Shown piece by piece: positions 32,498-44,559 of a DNA stretch of 64,000 nucleotides. The stretch comes from Octopus sinensis. Lineage: Eukaryota. The position numbers were made by a program, and so were the translations under genes. Numbering within the stretch: the first letter of the stretch is position 1; each line of letters starts with the position of its first letter. Under the pieces are notes generated by a model that was not told the DNA's origin, searched no databases, and was given only the letters and a program-made list of their open reading frames with translations. The stretch covers positions 8,680,001-8,744,000 of the forward strand of contig NC_043023.1 of the NCBI RefSeq assembly GCF_006345805.1. The letters are read 5' to 3'.

Positions 32498-32507
<10 letters not shown>
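31751..32507. repeat. Compound fold-back: 31751-31881 vs 32272-32403, and 32128-32255 vs 32380-32507
   Basis: Both arm pairs are essentially perfect reverse complements. 32253-32271 is the reverse complement of 31915-31933. Confidence 0.93.
31893..31950 (-). ncRNA. Decayed hammerhead-like motif inside the compound fold-back
   Basis: Minus strand: TTCAA-TTGATGA-CGGT...ACCA-GAAA-TCATTGGA-TC-TTGAA. It has a 5-6 bp stem I and a 3-bp stem III, but C3 is U with G8 and position 10.1/11.1 is a C-A mismatch. Confidence 0.5.
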
Positions 32508-32590
<83 letters not shown>

Positions 32591-32927
32591 AAGTGTACAA
32601 TTTTAATCCCGAGCAAATCTCTGCTAGTAAATAATAAAATAACAAGAACGGATTTTCACAGTTCAATGCAACACGTGTTTCAGAAATAAGATAGACGTCC
32701 ACAACATTTATATTACATCATATTATAAAGACGTCCTCCTAGTCGTCAAGCACGTGACTGTCAGGAATAAAAGTCTATTGTGCCTATAGTCGAGGGAAAA
32801 CATAAACGAATTGGAGGGATTACAAATATATCCAGCCAATCATCTATCTACCTATCTTTCTACTTATCTATCCATCAACCTACCTACCTACATATCTATC
32901 TATCTACCTATCTACCTATCTATCTAT

Positions 32928-35900
32928 GGAGGGTAGACTGGTCGTCCTGGATGTCGACGGCAGCAATGGGTGCGCTTTTCGACTCGTATCAGTCTACGCA
33001 CCGCCCTTAACAGGTCGGGCGGATTTCTTTCAACGTCTAGAAGTATTCTTGGGAACGTCTCGTCCTTTACTCTTAGTGGGGGATTGGAATGCTACCTTGG
33101 ACACGCATAAAGAGTACGTGGGTAGAGATAGGAATAGACGGGGATGCAAATGCCTCAGAGATCTGCTCAGACGCTTTCAACTGTCTGACAGGTTCCGACT
33201 AGACCACCCAAACGCGCCAACGTGGACATGAAGCAACCGCATCGGGTCGTCGAGATCGTATCTAGATAGGATACTGTGTAGGACAGTAGACAGAGATAGC
33301 ATAGGATGTTCACAATTTCACATAGTCAGCTACACGGATCACAGACTTCTGACATGTACGCTAGACTTAGGTAAGACACTTAGGCAGGGTCCCGGATACT
33401 GGAAACTAAACGCGTCTTTCCCATCGAGATAGGTTTTCGGAGACCGGATTAGCACACTAGTAAAGAGGGCTTTGACGGGAGCCATCATCAACAACAAATG
33501 GTGGTTTGCCCTCAAGAGAGCAGTAAAAGCAGAAGCGATTAGGTACAGCAAAGCACTAGCCATAGATAGAAATAGAGTAGAGGGTGAGCTAGTTAAGAAG
33601 CTAGAAGAGGCAATTAGAAGCGGCATCGCATCCGACGTTTTGGCGGCGAGGTTGACCCTCGACCAACACTTCAACGCCAAACACGAAGGATGTGCTGTCA
33701 GAGCTAGGATGCGTGCTCTAAGGAACGAAGGTGTTGGAGCCGCGAGAGAGGCCCGGGTGGCAGAGGCGCAACAGGGCAACAAAGCCACCATTCGGTCCCT
33801 GGTAGATGAACAGGGGCGCGAATTGCTCGAGCCAAGTAAAATGTGTGAGGCCTTTCAGCAGCATTTTGCCCGACTGTTCGGGACGAGTGGAGGGCAAGAA
33901 CGTAGGGTGGACTTCAGTGTCTACCTACATAGCCTACCACGACTCTCGACAAGAAAGGCAGGGTGCTGCGAAGGTGCCATCATGGCGGCGGAAGTGCAGG
34001 ACTCGATGGCAGAATGCTCGAGGGACAAATCACCGGGTTTGGATGGTCTACCCTACGAGCTTTACAATTGTATGCCAGACTTGTTTGGAGATCTCTTGGC
34101 GGCGGTGTACTGCAACTGACAGCAAAACGGGAGCATTCCTGGCTTTGTGAGCCAAGGAGCCGTAACACTGCTGAAGAAAGATCTAAACAAAGGAAATGTA
34201 ATAGATAACTTTAGGCCCATCACTCTGCTTAATGCAGACCTCAAAATTTTGGCCAAGGTGATAGCCAAGAGGTTGGCGCTTGTCATCGAGAAACTGGTCG
34301 ACAAGGCGCAAACATGCGCCGTGCCGGCCGGACCATCCGTGACAACCTCCACCTGATGCGCTACATCATAGACAGGGTAGTTGACGAACCTGGCATGGGT
34401 GGGGCGCCGATCAATTTGGATCAATCGAAAGCTTTCGATAGGGTGGACCATCGATACTTGGAGGCGGTCCTCAGAGCGGCTGGCTTCGGTCCCGTCTTCC
34501 GCGGCTGGATAGCCGCTTTGTACAGAGGTATCCGTTCGGTAATTCGTGTGAATGGACATCTATCGAGACCCTTCGACATCGCACGTTCGGTCCGTCAGGG
34601 ATGCCCCCTCTCGTCGCTTCTATACGTATTGACTCTCGAGCCATTATTGCGGAAGCTGGCAACTTTGAGGGGCATCCCACGAGAACTGGGATGCAGGACG
34701 AGCGTGTCTGCATACGCGGACGACGTCACCGTCATAGTGTCTAGCCACGAACACATCGAGCAGGTCGGCGAGACACTGAAAAACTACGAAGCGGTGACAG
34801 GAGCGAAAATCAACCGGGAAAAGTCAGTGGGCTTGCGACTAGGCACCTGGAGAAGCAAGCCCATGCCGTCCACCAGCGCCTCCGTCGTGGGACGCTGGAC
34901 CGACTGCCCGGTTCAGTTGCTCGGGGTCTGGTTTGGTCCGGACCTCCAAGTGGAGAAGAACTGGAACGAGATAACGAGTAGGGTGGTCACTCTCGCCCGG
35001 CAATGGGCCGAGAGGAAACTGTCCCTAAAAGGTCGGGCGGAGGTGGCGAACACATACATCGCGTCCGTCATCTACTATCGCCTGACCGTCGTACCTTGTC
35101 CCGACCCTAGCATCACCAAACTACAACGCATTCTCTTTCGCTTCTTGTGGAAAGGATGCGTCCCGATGGTCAGGCGATTCATTTGCTGTCAACACCCGTT
35201 AAAAGGAGGACTGGGCATGCCGTGGTTGATGATGCGCAGACACACATGAGACTGCGACATCTCAGGCTCTTCGTAGACGACGGTGAACAGGTGTGGTCGC
35301 CGTTTGTGAGGCACGCTTTCCCGCAGCTGAGTCTATCGTCAATATTGTTACGCCTCCTTCCTTCAAACGGGAAGGAAGAGCTATTTTCATCATCCTTGTG
35401 GCTATGGCGAAAGAATGTATCTGGTGGACGCGTCTGAAAGGATTGGAGACAAACACTTTCCTCTCTGGTCAATCTCTCATCAACTTTTTCACGTACAACT
35501 TGAAAAGGAAAGTGAGAGTAGAGAGGCAAGTTTTGTCTAGCGAATGTTTTAAAAAAAGATGGGTGAATGTAGCAAGGATGGCACATATGAATGACGAAGC
35601 CACCTTGAGCATAATCCTATGAACCCAGAAATTGAAAACAGAGGGATACCCACTTGCAAACAAATGTGGTAACATATAACAATATTGACCAAGGTTACCG
35701 TGGTCTTTTTCGTAGGCTTTTCTTCCCACGGATAAACCTTACTTGCTTTCCCCTTTACACCATATATCATAACATTGTGATACACGATCCGTATTGATCG
35801 ATTTTTTTCTCTCTTCCCCTTTTTTTCCGCTTTTTTCTTCTTTTTTCATTTCTCTTTTCTCTTGTTCCTTTTCCTTTTCTTTATTTCATATTTTTTTTGT

Positions 35901-36058
35901 TCTTTTCTTCCCTTTTACGATCCCTCTTGATCGAAAACCTACGCCGACCCTTTTTTTAGTTTCTTTTGCTTTTTGTTTTTTTCATCCCCCAAAAGAAAAG
36001 CTCTACCTTGTAACTTGTCCCATCTGTGTGCAGCCCTATGTGGCCAATAAAGAAACTT
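32928..36058 (+). mobile_element. Young Tx1/L1-clade LINE, 5'-truncated in the APE endonuclease, disabled
   Basis: APE motifs LVSVYAP, LLVGDWN, TWT, SYLDR, YTDH. RT motifs KSPGLDG, NFRPITLLN, LDQSKAFDRV, GCPLS, AYADD. Stops at 33229 and 34117, frameshifts near 34320 and 35250, and a 475-bp deletion at 35324. T-rich 3' UTR, AATAAAGAAAC, then (TATC)n. Confidence 0.95.
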
Positions 36059-36780
36059 ATCTATCTATCTATCTATCTGCCTGTCTGTCTGTCTGTCTAT
36101 CTATTTATCTATCTGTCTATCTATCTATCTATCTATCTATGCAGTTATGTGTCTGTCTAATAGTATATTTATGTGTCTACCTATATAAGTATGTATGTAT
36201 GTGTGTATGTATGTATGTATGTATGTATGTATGTATGTATGTATGTATGTATGTATCAATCTATCTGTCTATCTCTGTCTGTCTGTTTGTAAGTATCTAT
36301 TTAACTTCCATCTCTGTCTGTCTGTCGCTTTTATATCTGACTGTACATCTTTTTTTCAATAAATGTATGTGTATATGGTACGTACGTACCTATATGTATT
36401 TATGTATCCACGTATGTAAGTATGCATGTATGTGTTTGTATGTATGTTGCATGTGTACGTATGTATTTATCTTTTTATGTATGTATCTGTCTATATATAT
36501 CTAAATATCAATAATAACAAAGGGTAAAATTAATTAATTAAGAAGTAATCAATAATTTCACCAAGTAGAATTCGGCATGAAAAAAGGACCATTTCATGGT
36601 AAACTTAAGTAATACTAAATAATTAGGGTTCAGCAAAGATTTGCTTCACCACATACCGAAGTTTAGAAATAGCAGCCAAAAAACGTTAGCTATTTCTTCT
36701 ACTTTAAAAAGGGACTCCCAGAAAAACAAAAAGAGTCGTTGTGTATATGCCTGCGTGGGTGTCTATTTATCTGTCTCTCT

Positions 36781-36926
36781 CGGTAATTAGCTTGCTTACC
36801 AACCACATGGTTCAGTCCCACTGCGTGGCACCTTGGGCAAGTGTCTTCTTCTATAGCCTCGGGCCGACCAATGCCTTGTGAGTGGATTTGGTAGAAGGAA
36901 ACTGAAACAAGCCCATCGTATATATG

Positions 36927-36961
<35 letters not shown>

Positions 36962-37172
36962 ATATATGTTTGTGTGTCTGTGTTTGTCCCCCTAGCATTG
37001 CTTGACAAACGATGCTGGTGTGTTTATGTCCCCGTTACTTAGCGGTTCAGCAAAAGACAACGATAGAATAAGTACTGGGCTTACAAAGAATAAGGCCCGG
37101 GGTCGATTTGCTCGACTAAAGGCGGTGCTCCAGCATGGCCATAGTCAAAGTAGTGAAACAAGTAAAAGAGTA
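36781..37172 (+). mobile_element. tRNA-derived SINE family A, 5'-truncated
   Basis: GGTTCAGTCCCACTGCGTGGCACCTTGGGCAAGTGTC..., internal (TA)/(TG) tract, 3' GGCGGTGCTCCAGCATGGCC...GAAACAAGTAAAAGAG. Confidence 0.85.
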
Positions 37173-37196
37173 AACATTTTAACCAACACTATACAT

Positions 37197-37582
37197 AGGC
37201 GCTGCAGTGGCTGTGTGGTAAGAAGCATGCTAAACAACCACAAGGTCCCGATTTCAGTCCCACTTCGTGGTACCTTGGGCAAGTGTCTCTTCTATAGCTG
37301 ACCAAAGACTTGTGAGTGGATTTGCTTGACACAAACTGAAAGAAGCCTGACGTATATAAATATATATATGTGTGTTTGTGTGTCTGTGTTTGGCCCCCAC
37401 CAAACATCGCTTGACAGCCGATGCTGGAGTGTTTACGTCCCCGTAACAAAGCGGTTCGGCAAGAAATCCGATAGAATAAGTACGAGGCTTACAAAGAATA
37501 AGTCCTGGGGTCGATTTGCTTGACTAAAGGCGGTGCTCCAGCATGGCCTCAGTCAAATGACTGAAACAAGTAAAAGAGTAAA
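37197..37582 (+). mobile_element. tRNA-derived SINE family A
   Basis: A-box-like TGGCTGTGTGG, decayed B box, and the same body and tail as the other copies. Confidence 0.85.
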
Positions 37583-37584
37583 GG

Positions 37585-38225
37585 AATACATACATACATA
37601 TATACATACACATACAAACATGAATGCATACATACATGCATACATACATACATGCATGCATACATACATACATACATACATACATAAATACATACATACA
37701 TGCATACATACATGCATGCATGCATACATACATACATACATACATAAATACATACATGCATACATACATACATACATACATACATACATGCATACATACA
37801 TACATGCATACATACATACATACATAAATACATACATACATGCATACATACATGCATACATACATACATACATACATACATACATACATACGTGCATACA
37901 TACACACATACATGCATACATACATACATACATACATACATACATACATACATACATACATGCATGCATGCATACATGCACACTCATACATACATACATA
38001 CATACATACATACTTACATACATACGTGCATACTTACGTACATACATACATGCATACATGCATGCATGTATACATACATACACACACACATGCATACATA
38101 CATACATACACATACATACATACATACATACATATACACATACATACATACATACACACTTGCATACATACATACATACATACATACATACATACATACA
38201 TACATACATACATACATACATACAT
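37585..38225. repeat. (CATA)n microsatellite, ~640 bp
   Basis: Direct reading. Source of the HTYI and MYVC ORFs in the track. Confidence 0.97.
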
Positions 38226-38623
38226 GATTGATCGCTAGCTCCAAAAGTCTTTTTATTCTGTTTATTTCCTCGTGTTCCTTTCTCTGAAGATCGTAGGCTC
38301 GAAACGTAAAAGAATTTCTCACCTTCCTGACCGTTAAACTATTACACCTGTTTGTTGCTTATACATGTGTCTTCGTCTTTTGTTTTTCTGTAAAATTCAA
38401 CTATATATATATATATGTGTGTATTTATGCGTTTGGGTTTATATATGCATATATAGATAGATAGATATACATACATACATACATACATACATACATACAT
38501 ACATACATACATACATACATACATACATACAGGCTAAAGAATTACTAATTTAATAATTAATAACTTTTACCAAGTAGTTCGGTATGGAAAAAAAAAAACA
38601 TTATCGGTAAAAACTTATACAAA

Positions 38624-38666
<43 letters not shown>

Positions 38667-38671
38667 ATATA

Positions 38672-38759
<88 letters not shown>

Positions 38760-38927
38760 TTATATTAATTAATTTATTTCTATGTTTTGGTTTATGTTTT
38801 TCACTGTTTGATTTGCCTAATAGTGGTTTTATCTCTAATTTAATATATATATATTTATACTATAAAATTAGATGTAATCCTAAATCTAATTGTTCCCTGT
38901 AAGTTTGGATTTACTCCTTAATATTAT

Positions 38928-38969
<42 letters not shown>

Positions 38970-39158
38970 ATATTTTTCACCGGAATAGTTCAATATTGAA
39001 TTTTTATTCCGACTAGGCAATTTGTCACCGAAATGCATTGCGAATAAGCCCGCCATTTTCATAGATATGTAAAGATAAACATTCGTACATGCTACGACGA
39101 ATTCTACGGTTGGCTATCGAGCTTGTAATGTTATGTTTTTCTTATATTTCTTGAGTTT

Positions 39159-39222
39159 GTTGCACTGATGAACATGAAATGCATATTCTGCATTAAATGC
39201 GAAATCACATGTGATATGTAAC
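39159..39222 (+). ncRNA. Type I hammerhead ribozyme, near-canonical
   Basis: Stem I GTTGCA/TGTAAC, core CUGAUGA 39165-39171, stem II (A)CAT-GAA-ATGCA(TATTC)TGCAT-TAA-ATG(C), GAAA 39201-39204, 12-nt palindrome ATCACATGTGAT, cleavage triplet AUA ending at 39216. The only defect is A10.1-C11.1. Confidence 0.75.
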
Positions 39223-39347
39223 TGAATTCTTTTTTTAAAATGATGTGTTTTGATGTTTTGCATTCGGTAAAATTTTGTTTATTTTTAGTAGTTTTGACCG
39301 CATTGGTCCCTCTTAGCGTGTGGTATCTACGAATAGTAGTACCCTCA

Positions 39348-39382
<35 letters not shown>

Positions 39383-39748
39383 TATATATATATATATATA
39401 TACTTAAAGCGTGAAGGGATTTGATGGACGGAATCTGAAAGGAACCCATCATATATGTGTGTATGTGTGTTAAGTTCTTGACCCCTCACCACAGCTTGAC
39501 AACCGGTGTCGGTGTGTTTACACATCCGTAACTTTGTGGTTTGGGATAAGAGACCGATACAATGATACCAGACTTAACAAATAAAATAACAAATACTAGA
39601 TTCGATAAACTTGATTAAAATTCTCCAAAGTGGTGCCCAGCATGGCTGAAACTTGTAAAAAATAAAAGATGACGTATATATATATATATATATATATATG
39701 AAAAAATAAGTAAAGATAGAAAATGCTGAAATAATTTTATAAAGAACA

Positions 39749-39791
39749 TTTCAGTACCGGTTTCGGTCATTTCAGACCTTTTCAACTGTAA
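39749..39791 (-). ncRNA. Minimal type I hammerhead with U3-A8 core
   Basis: Minus strand: TTACAG-TTGAAAA-GGTC(TGAAAT)GACC-GAAA-CCGG-TA-CTGAAA. Palindrome ACCGGU; GUA cleavage at 39755. Confidence 0.65.
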
Positions 39792-40895
39792 CAATTAAAT
39801 AATTAAATTCAGAAAAATTAAAAGAAAACTTGTTTTAAAACAATATTTGTATAGTGTTCAAATATAAGTGGCATTTTTCTTGTTTCTGCCTTTCTTTGTC
39901 TCTCTTGTTTACCTTGTGGGTTCAAGGTCCATGTGATTTATTGATAGGGAAGAAGAAGAAGAAGAATATATATATATAAATATGGTGGGGGTGTGGAGTT
40001 ATTGTGCTCGTAGGTTTGCTCCCTGCCATGAAATCGACATTGCCTGAACATGTCCAGAAGTGTGCCACACGTCAGATGTCGAAATGATTAGAGAACAACT
40101 CGTGAAATGTATTGTTTTACTGAGTGTAACACCCTAACCATTAGGCCATGGTGTGTTTACACCTATGTATTTACAGCGAAAAATTTTCCCCAATACAACA
40201 ATATACTATCAACGGCTTTTATACGGATTCGAGTAGGCCTCAAGCATATTTGAACTGGTAACAAGCTGGTAATTATACACATTGTTTAGCGCGTACACAT
40301 ATCGTAACACGATATTTTGTTGTTTTTTTTGTTCTTTTTTGCTTGTTCTATTGTTTTACTTGTTGCTCTGTTCGATCCATGGAAATTATTTATCAATTAC
40401 TGTGATAATCCCATCACCGTTATTGTTATTCGAATACATTCAACATTTCTAGCTTCTAATGTCAACCTGTTGGCCTGTTTAATTCATTTAATATCATAAT
40501 ATCTTCTATAGACACACTCCTTCTCAGCTCGTTTCATTATGTAAATGATAATTTTGCTAATGATTCCCACCGAGCCTTGTTGCTGCTGTTGTTGTTGTAG
40601 GTGTTGTTAATGGTGGTGAGGAATTTTCCTGGTTCTAATCTTACTGCCATACACAGAGTGTTCGGACTTACTTTCATAATTTGCATGAATGGAAAAGAGA
40701 ACACAGAATCCCATCCAAAAATAAAACTGTTTAGAAAAGAAATATTAACTCGATTATGACTGAATTTTCGTATTTTATATTTATTTTATGTTCTTTACGT
40801 TTCGTGGTGTCCTGTGCCGATATACGCATGTATATACAAATATATGTATGTACGTATATACTTGTATGTATGCATATATATTTATATATTATTTC

Positions 40896-41232
40896 AGGAG
40901 TGGCTGTGTGGTAAGTAGCTTGCTTATGAACCACAAGATTCCGGGTTCAGTCCCACTGTGTTGCAACTTGGGCAAGTATCTTCTACTATAGCCTCGAACC
41001 GACCAAAGCCTTGGAAACTGAAAAGAAGCCCGTCGTATATATGTATATATATGTGCATGTGTGTGTTTGTGTGTCTGTGTTTGTCCCCGTAGAATTGCTT
41101 GACAACCGATGCTGGTGTGTTTATGTCCCCGTTACTTAGCGGTTCGGCAAATAAGTACTGGGTCGTGTTGCTCGATTTAAGGCGATGCACCAGTATGGCC
41201 GCAGTCAAATGACTGAAAAAAAGTAAAAGAGA
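40896..41232 (+). mobile_element. tRNA-derived SINE family A (paralog 53302-53727)
   Basis: AGGAGTGGCTGTGTGGTAAG (A box), CCGGGTTCAGTCCC (B box), family tail. Confidence 0.88.
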
Positions 41233-41406
41233 GAGTGTATGCATGTATGTGTATGTGTGTGTATGTGTGTGTGTACCTGCGTGTGTATATGCGTTTATAC
41301 TCGTACCTTCAAATGGTATTTTAAACAAACACTTACTAGCTTTAACTAGTAAAACACGCAAAAACAAGAATATTAAAAATGTTTCATAAAAGTATTTATT
41401 GTGCAC

Positions 41407-41708
41407 AAATTTTCCTTAAATTATTCATGCTTGCCCCTCTCGTTGTATGCTGTTTGCTAGTATCAAGTATATGTTGTCCTTAAATTTTCCTTAAATTATT
41501 CATGTTTGCCCCCTCTCGTTGTATGCTGTTTGCTACTATCAAGTATACGTTGTCCTTAAATTTTCCTTAACTTATTCATGCTTGCCCCCTCTCGTTGTAT
41601 GCTGTTTGCTAGTATCAAGTATACGTTGTCCTTAATTTCTCCTTAAATTATTCATGTTTGCTCCCTCTCGTTGTATGCTGTTTGCTAGTATCAAGTATAC
41701 GTTGTCTT
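41407..41708. repeat. Minisatellite, 4 x ~76 bp
   Basis: Unit AAATTTTCCTTAAATTATTCATG...GTATCAAGTATACGTTGTCCTT starts at ~41407, 41482, 41558 and 41634. Single copy in the paralog at ~53905-53980. Confidence 0.93.
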
Positions 41709-41839
41709 CGTGTAGCATCTTGTAAGGTTTCGCTTTCATTCTGACATGCTTTGTGCTTCTTTTGGGGGATCTTTTCCTTTTGAACGGCACATGTCAACAC
41801 AATTTTTAGTTAACTAAACACTTTTAAACTTCGTATACT

Positions 41840-42512
41840 GGTAGAATGTGTTTATGAAGCATCATTTTTTTCTTGGCTTTATTGAGAAAATTCTATAGTT
41901 TGTAAGATATTTCGTCTGAAATTTCGAGCATTTCGGCAATTTTAACCAATCGCTCACCTCCATTTTGGGTGAAAAGATTCTGTGCTGTATGAATATGTTC
42001 CTTGTTTAAGAAACCGATTGGGTTTATTTACATTTGCGAAGAAAAAAAGATACCCTTGCCCCACCCCTAACCCTAACCCTAATCCTAAAATAGTTTGAAA
42101 TGCAATAGATCGATACTAGGGTCATAATTATGGGTGACAATTTCATACGATACCTCTACGGAAAATGGGATTTTTTTCTAGCGGTGTCAAATGAAAATGT
42201 CACCCATAATTATGACCCTAGTATCGATCTATTGCATTTCAATCTATTTTAGAATTAGGGTTAGGGTTAGGGTTAGGGTTAGGGGTGGGGGAAGGGTATC
42301 TTTTTTTTCTTCGCAAATGTAAATAAACCCAATCTGTTTCTTAAACAAAGGACATATTCATACAGCACGGAATCTTTTCACCCCAAATGGAGGTGAGCGA
42401 TTGGTTAAAATTGCCGAAATTCTCGATTTTAAAGTGGAAATATGTTACAAACTATAGAATTTTCTCAATAAAGCCAAGGAAAAATGATGTTTTATAAATC
42501 TACCATTCTACC
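41840..42512. repeat. Large fold-back, ~310-bp arms (41840-42146 / 42191-42512), with internal (TTAGGG)n in both arms
   Basis: GGTAGAATG...GGGTGACAATTTCAT is mirrored by ATGAAAATGTCACCC...CATTCTACC. (CCCTAA)n at 42065-42088 and five TTAGGG at 42255-42284. Confidence 0.92.
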
Positions 42513-43696
42513 ATTCGTTGTGCCTTTATGCTCACCTAAGGATGCATAATCAGTGAGCCCTGAGATTTCTTCTGACCCAATTTATTGCCAGATTTGAGTC
42601 CTTTATCATTTCCCTTTTCACAAACACACACAATTATTGTAGGTTTATGTCGATGTCTTTTATGAGATGTTGGCAATGTTACGAATGACTAAGATGGAAA
42701 AAAACAAGGGTGGAATGAAAAACATAAAGACGCAATTTCATATTAACAGCACCAGCGAGAAGGCCATGGATGGATGACAAGGAAATATAGAAAAGTGTAC
42801 ATTGGAGTGGGAAGCAACAATTGTTTTGATATGAAATAACTGAGTTCTCATGACAAACACGAAGTTAATATTACATTACACACATTTGAGAATATTTATT
42901 TGATAAAAGAAAGGCTCCAACGAGGAAAAAATGACATTTGATCATTTCTGACAGTTTTGTCGCTTATTTCGACAAAATATTTATCGGTGCAAATGATTAT
43001 TCCGCAGCAAATATATCTCACGCGCCGGCAAGATTTAAATGAGGATTTAAATTAAGTTAAAAAAATAGATCATTAGAAGGTGAAATTAATTGATTTCTAC
43101 GCTAATACGAAACATAAATATGTCTTTTTTTATATTAGGTGGTCAAAGTTACAGAGTGACTCGAAGACTGGAAGTGTCGCTTATTGCCATTAACAGTCAA
43201 AGCAAATGTACTAAGTGTATTTCGTTATTTGTGCTTACGAATATTTTAAATACTTTTCAAAATATTTCTGTGGTCAATTCTTAGTCATTCGTAACATTGC
43301 CAACATTTCATAAAAGACATCGACATAAATGGTTTTCATACAGAATAATATTTCCAAACTTGTTTTGATCGCTTATGAAGAAGAAAAAATTATTAACGAA
43401 CAACAAACACAGCAAATGCATTTGCGGCTAGGGTGTTTGGTAAGGAATAGTCACTCTTATTACATCCCTTTACAGAATTGAGGTTATCTCCCTTCTACCG
43501 TTATTATTCTGGTTTGGAGAAAAATGCGGTTTTTTTTACGGAAACCTTTGAATAAATTTAATTTTTTGTATTTTCTAATTTCAGTTTCAAAGAAAGAACA
43601 ATTTGTTTCGTAAAAAAATAAATTTATTCCCCTATTTTCCTCAGATTTCCCCCTTATTTTTGCTTCTATTTGGATATTATCTTTTGATAAACAAAC

Positions 43697-43817
43697 CTTG
43701 TTTTCATTTTGAGTTTCTTGCAATTTTTGGCAAATTCCCAGTTGCAGAATTTCTTTAGAAATTTGTTGTGCAATATCATATTTATATAATTTCCATCCTA
43801 TATGTGCTTGGAGTAAC
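43697..43817 (-). other. Candidate internal exon of a host gene
   Basis: Acceptor TTTGCCTTTCCATCAG, 121 nt open (LLQAHIGWKLYKYDIAQQISKEILQLGICQKLQETQNENK), donor AAG|GTTTGT. Non-repetitive context. Product not recognised. Confidence 0.35.
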
Positions 43818-44559
43818 CTGATGGAAAGGCAAATAAAACAATCTAAAACGATTTTCAATAAACTTTCAACCTGTCCCCTGATATTCTGTAAAGAAGCCAC
43901 AATATTGAGATGATACGTACATTTTAAAGTTGATTGTTTGAGATATATCCTGCTACAAAAGTACTATTTGTTTTGTATTAGTTTCTTATTTTGATATGCA
44001 TTTAATTGCAAAACTGAAAAGCTTTGTTAAAATTCCTCTTTAGCGAAAATCTCGACGTGATAAAAACATTTCTGAGGGCATTTCTGAACCCAACACCATT
44101 AAATTAAGGTGGGACTAATTGTATAAACCATGACAAATAAAATGTTCTCCAATGTTATGAATAAAGATACAAGAGTTCTTATTCAGAGAGTAAGCTGTAG
44201 AAGAATTTTGGATGGGAGAGGAAAACTAACTATAGTTTTGAAAAATCAGTATACCAAATTTTAATGTAAACCAAATGAAAATTATGTTCAAAATTGTCCT
44301 CCTGTGTGATCTAACAAGTGAATCGCTGTACTTATAGACCCTACTACGTCTGAATACATTGAGCAGGTGCCAGCTGTGACTAATGGTAAACCAACGAACT
44401 ATACCACCCATCCTAGTATTAGCACTGCTTCTCAGAGGGAGGACGACTAGGGTCAGAAGTGAAACCACAAAGCCCTGGGCCTCTTTGCTTAACTCGATTA
44501 ATTCACAAGAAGAGGGGAAGAATTTGAAAGCGACGAAGGCTCCACCAAAAAATTCCACG

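Larger units (their letters stand above)
36060..42050. repeat. Segmental duplication, copy 1 (paralog ~47770-54320)
   Basis: Collinear blocks 36250-36730/48370-48845, 36735-37170/49187-49690, 38530-38870/51450-51660 and 39700-42050/51665-54320. Confidence 0.9.

Noticed and set aside
33339-35729. Antisense and alternate-frame ORFs over the Tx1 LINE (also 61565-63660)
   Set aside because: Shadows of the GC-rich ORF2.
41407-41708. Regular direct repeats as a CRISPR-like array (also 58275-58937)
   Set aside because: Units are contiguous with no unique spacers, the context is eukaryotic, and there are no cas genes.
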